DNA from: an uncultured Opitutales bacterium
GTDB lineage: Bacteria; Verrucomicrobiota; Verrucomicrobiia; Opitutales; Intestinicryptomonadaceae
Assembly: GCA_934613415.1 (NCBI GenBank)
Contig: CAKTSY010000002.1
Span: forward strand, 30,001-62,000
DNA length: 32,000 bases
Reading direction: 5' to 3'
A program made the position numbers and the translations under genes. Of the stretch, positions 24,485-32,000 are shown one piece after another; positions within the stretch are counted from its first letter, which is position 1; the number at the start of each line of letters is the position of its first letter. The notes beneath the pieces were generated by a model. The model was not told the origin of the DNA, made no database searches, and saw nothing but the letters and a program-made list of their open reading frames with translations.

Positions 24485-25657
24485 ATGCAGATTTTTGACG
24501 AAGCTAAAAACGGTTTCGGCTCGAAAATTTCGGTTTTGATGGTAGACGACCAGGCCATTTTCGGCGAGGTTCTTAAGCGAATGATTGCCGAAACGGGCTA
24601 TTTGTTTACCTTTTGCCAGAACCCGTTAGAGGCTGTTGCCGTTGCCGAAAAAGTAAAACCCACCGTAATTTTGCAGGATTTGTCTATGCCCGAAATGGAC
24701 GGGTTAGACTTGGTAAAGGAGTTCAGAAAAAACCCGACTACCGCCGAAGTTCCAATGATTGTATTGTCGGCAACCGACAACGCCGAGATTAAATACAAGG
24801 CGTTTGCAAACGGCGCGAACGACTATATGGTGAAATTGCCCGACAAGCTTGAAATGCTTGCCAGAATAGAATACCACTCGAAAGCCTACATAAATTATTG
24901 CGAAAAAAACAGGGCAATGCAGCTTTTGCAGGAAAGCCAAAACGCGCTAAAAAAAGAGCTGTATCAGGCTCAAAGCTATGTGGAAAGCCTTTTGCCCGAA
25001 AAGTGTTCGTACAACTCGCTTTCGTGCGATTGGGAGTTTCAAAGTTCCACAATGCTTGGGGGCGACTGTTTCGGCTACGGCTTTATAGACGCCGAAAATT
25101 ACGCGGTATATTTGCTGGACGTATGCGGCCACGGCGTGGGGGCGGCATTGCTTTCGGTTTCGGCAATAAACGTTTTGCGTTCGCGAACCCTTGCCGGCGT
25201 AGATTTTAAAGAGCCCGCCGAGGTCTTAAACGCAATGGGAAAAGCCTTTGATATGGAAAAGCAAAACGGAATGTTTTTTACCTTGTGGTACGGCGTATAC
25301 AACACAAAAACGCGCATTTTAAAATATTCCAGCGGCGGGCACCCTCCCGCAATTTTAAAGGACAAAAACGGTCTGCATTTTTTGGGAACAAAGGGGCTTG
25401 TTGTAGGCTCGAATATGGGCATAGACTATGTTCAAGAGCAAACCACTATTTTGCCCGAAAGCGACTTGTTTGTGTTTTCCGACGGCGTGTACGAAGTGGA
25501 AAAGCAAGCCGACAAGTCTATGATGACAATAGAAGACTTTGCCGAAATAATAAAACAAACATCGTCTTTAAAGGAAATAAAAAAGGCGGTGCAAGCCGTT
25601 CAGGGGCGCGACAATTTCGACGACGATTTCAGCCTATTTAAAGTGTCTATAAAATGA
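24485..25657 (+). CDS. Response regulator receiver fused to a PP2C/SpoIIE-type phosphatase (RsbU-like)
   Basis: 390 aa. The REC domain shows VLMVDDQ, LQDLSMPEMDG and GANDYMVKLPD. The SpoIIE domain shows GGDCFGYGF..VYLLDVCGHGVGAALLS and FSDGVYE. Confidence 0.9.
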   Translation: MQIFDEAKNGFGSKISVLMVDDQAIFGEVLKRMIAETGYLFTFCQNPLEAVAVAEKVKPTVILQDLSMPEMDGLDLVKEFRKNPTTAEVPMIVLSATDNAEIKYKAFANGANDYMVKLPDKLEMLARIEYHSKAYINYCEKNRAMQLLQESQNALKKELYQAQSYVESLLPEKCSYNSLSCDWEFQSSTMLGGDCFGYGFIDAENYAVYLLDVCGHGVGAALLSVSAINVLRSRTLAGVDFKEPAEVLNAMGKAFDMEKQNGMFFTLWYGVYNTKTRILKYSSGGHPPAILKDKNGLHFLGTKGLVVGSNMGIDYVQEQTTILPESDLFVFSDGVYEVEKQADKSMMTIEDFAEIIKQTSSLKEIKKAVQAVQGRDNFDDDFSLFKVSIK

Positions 25658-26061
25658 CGAAAAAAACATACACAAGCTCGCTGGAAAACGTAGAGCGTCT
25701 TTCGCAAGACGTAGAGGAATTTTTTGCGCAAAAGGGTGTAGACAATGCCGCAATATTCGCCATAAACCTTTGTTTAGACGAGCTTTTTACAAATTCTGTA
25801 ACCTACGGCTACAAGGGCAAAGCCGACGGCAAAATAGAGGTAGAGCTTTCCCTAAACGGAAATACCGCCGAAGTTCTTTTGCGCGACTTTGCTCCCGAAT
25901 TCGACCCTACAAAATCGGGCAAAGAGGCCGATTTAACTTCGGGTATAGACGAGCGAAAAATAGGCGGGTTAGGCATATATTTTTGCAAAAAGAATATGGA
26001 CGAATTTTCGTATGCCAGAAAGGGCTGTGCCAACGAAATTACATTGAAAAAACGCATATAA
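25654..26061 (+). CDS. RsbW/SpoIIAB-like anti-sigma regulatory Ser/Thr kinase (HATPase_c_2)
   Basis: 135 aa with an N-box (LCLDELFTNSVTYGY) and a G-box (IGGLGIYFCKKNMDEF). It has an ATGA overlap with the upstream phosphatase gene. Confidence 0.8.
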   Translation: MTKKTYTSSLENVERLSQDVEEFFAQKGVDNAAIFAINLCLDELFTNSVTYGYKGKADGKIEVELSLNGNTAEVLLRDFAPEFDPTKSGKEADLTSGIDERKIGGLGIYFCKKNMDEFSYARKGCANEITLKKRI

Positions 26062-26062
26062 A

Positions 26063-26890
26063 ATGAGTTTACTTTCGGTAAGGGATTTAAAAATTACGTT
26101 CAATTCCGGTTCGCGCAAAACGCAGGCGGTAAAGGGCGTTTCGTTCGACATAAACGACGGCGATTCGGTTGCCATTGTAGGCGAAAGCGGCTCGGGCAAA
26201 ACCATTACTTCGCTTTCGTTTACAAGGCTTCTGCCAAAGCCGCCCGCCTGCGAAATTTCGGGCGAAATTCTGCTAAACGGGCGCGACATACTTAAAATGT
26301 CGCCAAGCGAGCTTCGCAAAATAAGGGGCGCAAAAATCGCCTATGTTTTTCAGGAGGCTTCGGCTTCGCTTAATCCGGTTTTCACAATAGGCTCGCAAAT
26401 TGCCGAAGCCGTAAAGATACATATGCCCGAAGAGAAAGACGTTAGGGGCTTTGTGGTGAAAATGCTAGAGCAAGTGGGCATAAGAGACGCAAGCTTAAGG
26501 TACGACGCATATCCGCACGAGCTTTCGGGCGGCATGCAGCAAAGGGCAATGATTGCAATGGCGCTAAGCTGCGCGCCTTCCCTTTTGGTTGCCGACGAGC
26601 CTACAACCGCGCTAGACGTAACAATTCAAAAACAGATTATAGACCTTTTAAAATCGGTGCACGAAAGCCGCAAAATGTCGCTTATTTTAATAACGCACAA
26701 TTTCGGGATAATTTCGTCTTTATGCGAAAAGGTTATGGTTATGTTCAGGGGGCAGATTGTGGAAAGCGGCTATACAAAAGACGTGCTTAAAAACCCGCAG
26801 CACCCCTACACAAAGGCGCTTATTGCGTGCGTTCCGAGGCTCGGGCACAAGCACGAAAAACTTGTAAGCATAGACTACGAAAATTTGTAA
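26063..26890 (+). CDS. oppD: Peptide/nickel (Opp/Dpp-family) ABC transporter ATP-binding protein
   Basis: 275 aa with Walker A (GESGSGKT), signature (LSGGMQQR), Walker B (LLVADEPTTALD) and a C-terminal PQHPYTKALI. It starts 1 nt after the kinase stop. Confidence 0.88.
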   Translation: MSLLSVRDLKITFNSGSRKTQAVKGVSFDINDGDSVAIVGESGSGKTITSLSFTRLLPKPPACEISGEILLNGRDILKMSPSELRKIRGAKIAYVFQEASASLNPVFTIGSQIAEAVKIHMPEEKDVRGFVVKMLEQVGIRDASLRYDAYPHELSGGMQQRAMIAMALSCAPSLLVADEPTTALDVTIQKQIIDLLKSVHESRKMSLILITHNFGIISSLCEKVMVMFRGQIVESGYTKDVLKNPQHPYTKALIACVPRLGHKHEKLVSIDYENL

Positions 26891-26891
26891 G

Positions 26892-27689
26892 ATGGATTCG
26901 CAAAACACATTGCTTGAGGTAAAAAACTTGGTTGTAAGCTTCGATACTTCTTCGGGGCTTTTCGGGCGCGGCAAGAAATCGTTCAACGCCGTCGACAACG
27001 TTTCGTTCTTTGTAAAAAAGGGCGAAACCGTAGGGCTTGTAGGCGAAAGCGGTTCGGGCAAAACTACTATAGGCCGTAGCATTGTTTCGCTTGTAAAACC
27101 CGCAAAAGGCGAAATATTTTTTGAGGGAACTCGCATAGACAACCTTTCCCGCAAAGAATTTATGCCCTTCCGCAAAAAAATACAAATGGTGTTTCAAGAC
27201 CCATTCAATTCGCTGAATCCGAAAATGAGCGTTTTCAAAATAATTTCGGAGCCGCTTGAAATCCATTTTAAGAATATGACATATGCCCAGCGAAAAGCCG
27301 AAGTTGCCTCTTTGCTTGAAACCGTTGGTCTTAAGGCCGATTTTATGGAAAGGTTTCCGCACGAGTTTAGCGGTGGGCAACGCCAGCGCATAGGCATTGC
27401 AAGGGCGTTGGCTGTAAAGCCGCAGTTTTTGGTTTGCGACGAACCCGTAAGCGCGCTAGACGTTTCCGTTCAGGCTTCGATTATAAATTTGCTTGAAGAT
27501 CTAAAGCAAAGCCTGGGGCTTTCCATGCTGTTTATTGCTCACGACTTGGCTGTTGTAGAGCACATAAGCGACAGAATTATGGTTATGACAAAGGGGCGCA
27601 TTGTAGAGCAGGGCATTGCAGAAGATGTTGTTGCCAACCCGCAGCACCCCTACACAAAAAAGCTTATAGCGGCGGTTCCCGTATTCTAA
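26892..27689 (+). CDS. oppF: Peptide/nickel (Opp/Dpp-family) ABC transporter ATP-binding protein
   Basis: 265 aa with GESGSGKTT, FSGGQRQRIGIARAL, FLVCDEPVSALD and PQHPYTKKLI. Confidence 0.88.
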   Translation: MDSQNTLLEVKNLVVSFDTSSGLFGRGKKSFNAVDNVSFFVKKGETVGLVGESGSGKTTIGRSIVSLVKPAKGEIFFEGTRIDNLSRKEFMPFRKKIQMVFQDPFNSLNPKMSVFKIISEPLEIHFKNMTYAQRKAEVASLLETVGLKADFMERFPHEFSGGQRQRIGIARALAVKPQFLVCDEPVSALDVSVQASIINLLEDLKQSLGLSMLFIAHDLAVVEHISDRIMVMTKGRIVEQGIAEDVVANPQHPYTKKLIAAVPVF

Positions 27690-29257
27690 TGAGGCGTTTT
27701 TTTGCAGTTGTTTTTGCGGCATTTTTTACATTGCTTTTTTGCGGTTGCTCGAAAAAACCTTTTTCTAGCGATGCCGAAATTTGCGCGCGGCAAAAGATTT
27801 TGCTTGTAGGCAACAGTGCAGATCCTGCCTCGTTAGACCCGAGCATTGCAACGGGGCTTAGCGAATCTAAAATAATTGCCGCTTTGTTTGAAGGCCTTGT
27901 AAGCCCCGACGAACGCACTTTGCAGATAAAGCCCGCGCAGGCCGAAAGTTGGACAATTTCGCCCGACGGGAAAACCTATGTTTTTAAGATAAGAAAAACC
28001 GCCTATTGGTCGAACGGCGACAAGGTAAAAGCCGGCGATTTTGTGTATGCTTGGCGGCGCATTTTAAACCCAAAATTAGGGGCGGAATATGCCGGAATGC
28101 TGTATGTAATTAAGAACGCAAGGGATATAAACAAGGGCAAAAAAGAGCCTTCTATGCTGGGCGCAAAAGCTTTAGACGACAGCACTTTGCTTGTAGAGCT
28201 TGAACGCCCGAGGAACGACTTTTTAAATTTCTTGTATCACACTTCGTATATGCCGTTAAACCAAAAAAATCTGGAGGCCTTTAATGCTTACGCAAGCCGA
28301 AGGTCTAAATGGACGCGCCCCGAAAATATGGTTGTAAACGGGGCGTTTAAACTTGCCCGCTACGAGATAAATTCGCAAGTGCAGGCCGAAAAAAACCCGA
28401 CTTATTGGGACGCAAAAAATATAAATATAAACGGCATACGCTTTTTGCCAATAACCAATATGAACACCGAAGACAGGGCGTTTTTTGCGGGGCAGCTGCA
28501 CCTAACCGACAGCGTTTCGGCAATAAGGCTTGAAAAGGAAAACAAAAAAGCTTCGGACTATATGCAAAAGGGCGACTGGTATGCAACATACTATTATGTG
28601 TTTAACACAAAAAGGCCGCCCTTTGACAACCCTCTTGTGCGCAGGGCGTTTAGCTTGGCCGTAAACCGAACCCCCATAATAGATTCGTGCATGAAAGGCG
28701 GTCAAAGCCCCGCATATTCTCTTGTGCCCGATTTAAACGTAAACGACAAAGCCCGCGCCGAAAACATAGAATTGGCAAAAGAGCTTTTGGCAAAGGCGGG
28801 CTACCCCAACGGAAAGGGATTCCCGAAAATCAGGCTTGTATACAACACTTCGCAACAGCATAAGCCCATTGCCGAATCTTTGCAGGAGTGTCTGCGCAAA
28901 AATTTGGGAGTTTTCGTAGAGCTATACAACCTTTCGTGGCCGGCGTATCTCGACGCACGCAGCAAGGGCGATTTTGATATGACAAGGGCAAGCTGGACAG
29001 CAGACTATCTTTCGCCCGAAAGTTTTTTGTCGAACTTTTTAAGCGACAGCCCCCTTAACAATTCGGGGTGGAAAAATTCGGAATTCGATAGGGCGGTTTT
29101 TGAGCAACGCTACAAAGACGCGCAAAAAATTATGGACGACAACGCCGTTGTTTTGCCGCTTTTCTACTACAAAAGAATATTTTTAAAAAGCCCCCTTTTA
29201 AAGGGTTGGAGCACAAATAAACTGGACTACCACAACTATAAATCGGCGCACTTTTAA
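27689..29257 (+). CDS. oppA: Family-5 peptide-binding lipoprotein of an ABC transporter
   Basis: 522 aa with a signal and lipobox-like LFCGC. It shows the SBP_bac_5 pattern (DPSIATGLSESKIIAALFEGL, WSNGDKVKAGDFVYAWRR). Its ATG overlaps the oppF stop by 1 nt. Confidence 0.88.
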   Translation: MRRFFAVVFAAFFTLLFCGCSKKPFSSDAEICARQKILLVGNSADPASLDPSIATGLSESKIIAALFEGLVSPDERTLQIKPAQAESWTISPDGKTYVFKIRKTAYWSNGDKVKAGDFVYAWRRILNPKLGAEYAGMLYVIKNARDINKGKKEPSMLGAKALDDSTLLVELERPRNDFLNFLYHTSYMPLNQKNLEAFNAYASRRSKWTRPENMVVNGAFKLARYEINSQVQAEKNPTYWDAKNININGIRFLPITNMNTEDRAFFAGQLHLTDSVSAIRLEKENKKASDYMQKGDWYATYYYVFNTKRPPFDNPLVRRAFSLAVNRTPIIDSCMKGGQSPAYSLVPDLNVNDKARAENIELAKELLAKAGYPNGKGFPKIRLVYNTSQQHKPIAESLQECLRKNLGVFVELYNLSWPAYLDARSKGDFDMTRASWTADYLSPESFLSNFLSDSPLNNSGWKNSEFDRAVFEQRYKDAQKIMDDNAVVLPLFYYKRIFLKSPLLKGWSTNKLDYHNYKSAHF

Positions 29258-30190
29258 ATGTTAAAATTTTTGCTAAAGAGAATTTTTGGGGCTATTCCCG
29301 TTTTGTTTATAATAGCAACCATTACCTTTTTTATGGTAAGGCTTGTTCCGGGCGGGCCCTTCGACAGGGAAAGACCTTTAAGCCAAGACGCCCTAAATGC
29401 CCTAAATGCCTACTATGGGTTCGACAAGCCTGTGTATGTGCAATATTTCCAATTCCTTAAAAATTTGGCGCACGGCGAGTTGGGGCCTTCGTATAAATAC
29501 GAGGGTTGGAGCGTAAACGAGCTTATTGCCGAAAAAGCTCCGGTAAGTTTGCAACTTGGTTTATATGCGCTGCTTATAGCTTTGGTTTTTGGCGTTGCAA
29601 TAGGCGTGGTGTGCGCCGCATTTAAAAATACAAAAACCGACAAATTTTTGTCGGCTATAAGTTTGTTGGGCATTTGTTTGCCGTCTTTTGTGGTTGCCCC
29701 TGTTTTGATTTTAATGTTTGCGCTAAAAATAAGGATATTCCCCGCAATAGGCTTTAGCGGGTTTTCGGGGGCAGTTTTGCCGTCGGTATCGCTTGCCTTG
29801 TTCTATTGCGCATGGATTGCCCGCCTTTGCCGCAGCCAGTGCGCCGAAATTACCGAAAAAGCCTACATAAAAACCGCCCGCGCAAAAGGGGTTGGGCCTT
29901 TTAGAATATATTTTGTGCATGTGCTTAAAAACGCGGCAATTCCGCTGGCATCGTATATAGGGCCTGCCGCCGCCGGGCTGCTTACGGGCTCGTTTGTTAT
30001 AGAAAGCATATTCCAGATTTCGGGGCTGGGAAGGTTTTTTATTTCCAGCGCGCTAGACAGCGACTATACAATGATTATGGGCTGTGTTTTGGTTTACGCG
30101 TTTTTTATTGTGGTTTTCAATATGCTCTCCGACATTTTGCTGGCGGTGCTTAATCCTAAAATAGCGTCTAACTTGGGGCTTAGAAGATGA
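29258..30190 (+). CDS. oppB: Peptide ABC transporter permease
   Basis: 310 aa, multi-TM, BPD_transp_1 type with an EAA-like loop (YIKTARAKGVGPFRIYFVHVLKNA). It starts immediately after the oppA stop. Confidence 0.88.
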   Translation: MLKFLLKRIFGAIPVLFIIATITFFMVRLVPGGPFDRERPLSQDALNALNAYYGFDKPVYVQYFQFLKNLAHGELGPSYKYEGWSVNELIAEKAPVSLQLGLYALLIALVFGVAIGVVCAAFKNTKTDKFLSAISLLGICLPSFVVAPVLILMFALKIRIFPAIGFSGFSGAVLPSVSLALFYCAWIARLCRSQCAEITEKAYIKTARAKGVGPFRIYFVHVLKNAAIPLASYIGPAAAGLLTGSFVIESIFQISGLGRFFISSALDSDYTMIMGCVLVYAFFIVVFNMLSDILLAVLNPKIASNLGLRR

Positions 30191-30969
30191 GAAAACTTTG
30201 CTTTGCATTTTTAATTGTATGCTTTGTCTTGTGCATGGGCGCCGACTTTTTTGCCCCCTATAGCTACGCCGAACAAAATTTGCAGCTTGGGGCCAGCTCG
30301 CCTACATTAAAGCACATATTCGGCACCGACAATCTCGGGCGCGACTTGTTTTCGAGAATGCTTTACGGCGGGCGCGTTTCGTTTGCTATAGGCATTTTTG
30401 CCACTTTGTTTGCGTCTGTTGTTGGGGTAAGCTACGGCGTTGTAAGCGCGTATTTCGGCAAAAAGTGCGACTATATTATGATGCGCATTGTAGATATTGC
30501 ATATTCTTTGCCCTTTGCAGTTATTGTTATTTTGCTTACGCTGGCTTTTGGCAGAAGCGTTTGGCTTTTGTTTGTAGCCCTTGGCATTGCCGAATGGATG
30601 ACTATGGCAAGAATTGTAAGAGGGCAGGTTTTAGAGCTTAAAAGCAGGCAGTTTGTAGAAGCTTCGGCGGTTTTGGGGCAAAGCACTTTTAAGGTAATAG
30701 TAAAACACATTTTGCCCAACGCCCTGCCCGCCGTTTTGGTGTGCGCTACGCTTACCGTGCCGAGCGTGATGTTGTTGGAGTCTTTTTTAAGCTTTTTGGG
30801 GTTGGGCGTGCAGGCTCCGCTGCCGTCGTGGGGCACTTTGCTTAGCGAGGGGGCAGACTTGATGGAAACGGCTCCCCACCTTTTGATTTTTCCGAGCATA
30901 GCGTTTTCGCTTACGCTGTTTTCGATAAACAGGCTCGGCGAATATTTAAAGGAAAAGCTTGCCCGCTAG
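30187..30969 (+). CDS. oppC: Peptide ABC transporter permease
   Basis: 260 aa with FGTDNLGRDLFSRMLYGGR and FVEASAVLGQSTFKVIVKHILPN. It has an ATGA overlap with oppB. Confidence 0.88.
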   Translation: MRKLCFAFLIVCFVLCMGADFFAPYSYAEQNLQLGASSPTLKHIFGTDNLGRDLFSRMLYGGRVSFAIGIFATLFASVVGVSYGVVSAYFGKKCDYIMMRIVDIAYSLPFAVIVILLTLAFGRSVWLLFVALGIAEWMTMARIVRGQVLELKSRQFVEASAVLGQSTFKVIVKHILPNALPAVLVCATLTVPSVMLLESFLSFLGLGVQAPLPSWGTLLSEGADLMETAPHLLIFPSIAFSLTLFSINRLGEYLKEKLAR

Positions 30970-31036
30970 GCAAATTTTCTTGATATGCGGTTTTTTTCTT
31001 TTTATAAACGTTAACTTAATTGCAAAACTTTGATAT

Positions 31037-32000
31037 ATGATGATTAAGAAATTCACTGTGATTATGGCGTCGCTAACCGTTGCAACAGCTTTGGTTGCCG
31101 ACGAATTCGTTAAAGTTGCCTACAGATTCGAATCGGGCAAGCCCGTAGAACAACGCATTAAGCTAGACGAAGACCAAAACGGTGTCTTTACGCTTAAAAT
31201 AGCAAAAGGCGACATTCCGCAAAACGCAAAATACGTTATAGTTGCCCCCGAATTTGCCAGGGCAAAAGTAGGCGACAAGGGCTTTTTTGTAAGCCCAGAT
31301 TCAATGCTTGTAAACTTTACACAAAAGCCCGAGGGCGAAAGGCAGTGCTGGCAGCAGCCGCTTGCGCTTTCGGCGGTAAACGTAAACGGCAAAGCTTTTG
31401 CAATGGTTACCGAAACATTGCGTTTTTTGTGCAAAACTAAAATAGCGTTAAAAAACGGTGTGTATGACTACGAATACGTTTATTTAACCAAAAGCGAAAA
31501 GCCGTTTGAAGATTTAATTGTAAAGTTTTACCCGCTAAAGGGCAAAGACGCAACCTATGCCGGGGCTGCGCGTCTTTACAGAAAGTTGAAGTTGGATTCC
31601 GGCGAAGTTGTGCCCCTAAAAGTAAGGGCAAAAGACAATCCCGAATTGGCGTATGCCGTGCAGTCTTGCGAAATAAGAATGAGGCTCGGCTGGAAGCCGT
31701 ATCCTACGCCCGTTGTAGAGCAGACTTTGGAAAACGAGCCCGAAATGAAGGTGAAAATTCCGTTTGCAAAGGTTTGCGAAATAGAAAAAGACCTGTTGAA
31801 AGCGGGCGTAGACAAAGCCGAAATTTGCCTTGTAGGCTGGAATAAAAGCGGGCACGACGGCCGCTGGCCCGATTCTTTCCCCGTAGAGCCGAAACTTGGC
31901 GGCGAAAAGGGCTTGCGCAATCTTATTAAAGAATCGCAAAAAATGGGCTTTCAGATAGTCTGCCACTCGAATGCAGTAGGATCTTGCAATGTATCGCCCA
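31037..32000 (+). CDS. 5' part of a secreted protein of unknown function (possibly carbohydrate-active), truncated by the window end
   Basis: The frame stays open from the ATG at 31037 to the window end, so it is absent from the stop-bounded ORF track. It has a signal peptide (MMIKKFTVIMASLTVATALVA). GWNKSGHDGRWPDSFPVEPKLGG resembles TIM-barrel glycosidase-like families, but that function is unverified. Confidence 0.6.
   Translation, partial: MMIKKFTVIMASLTVATALVADEFVKVAYRFESGKPVEQRIKLDEDQNGVFTLKIAKGDIPQNAKYVIVAPEFARAKVGDKGFFVSPDSMLVNFTQKPEGERQCWQQPLALSAVNVNGKAFAMVTETLRFLCKTKIALKNGVYDYEYVYLTKSEKPFEDLIVKFYPLKGKDATYAGAARLYRKLKLDSGEVVPLKVRAKDNPELAYAVQSCEIRMRLGWKPYPTPVVEQTLENEPEMKVKIPFAKVCEIEKDLLKAGVDKAEICLVGWNKSGHDGRWPDSFPVEPKLGGEKGLRNLIKESQKMGFQIVCHSNAVGSCNVSP

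Noticed and set aside
1-32000. A scan for CRISPR arrays, IS elements/transposases, integrases, prophage genes and rRNA.
   Set aside because: I found no regularly spaced direct repeats other than the hipB operator array. I also found no transposase- or integrase-like ORFs, no terminal inverted repeats and no rRNA-like sequence.

Overview
This is a chromosomal segment from a Gram-negative-type bacterium. Lipoboxes, a Tat signal and periplasmic binding proteins support that; the taxon cannot be determined from sequence alone. I support about 31 CDS and one tRNA, and found no rRNA, CRISPR array, IS element or integrase.

Layout:
- **165-13541, minus strand:** a tightly packed string of sppA, dnaE, recA, a chorismatase-like RidA-fold protein, a TPR-like lipoprotein, a DegT-type aminotransferase, a polyproline/acidic membrane protein and a biotin-domain-less oxaloacetate/pyruvate carboxyltransferase.
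- **13790-16525:** a GH78 alpha-L-rhamnosidase.
- **16784-18263:** a three-gene hipB-hipS-hipT (split HipA kinase) toxin-antitoxin cassette. It lies between strong palindromic terminators and is preceded by three phased TATAC-N7-GTATA operator-like palindromes.
- **18327-22367, minus strand:** a Tat-exported Gfo/Idh/MocA oxidoreductase, then tRNA-Val(UAC)-ilvH-ilvC-hemC.
- **22472-23854:** a BtuF-like binding protein and a DUF456 membrane protein.
- **23944-30969:** one translationally coupled 8-gene string. It runs unknown protein, response-regulator-PP2C phosphatase, RsbW-like anti-sigma kinase, then oppD-oppF-oppA-oppB-oppC.
- **31037 to the window edge:** a truncated secreted protein.

The best candidates for something new are the HipBST-type cassette with its operator array and the STAS-less partner-switching module welded to a peptide ABC importer. 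All functional calls come from motif recognition by eye; no database search was run.
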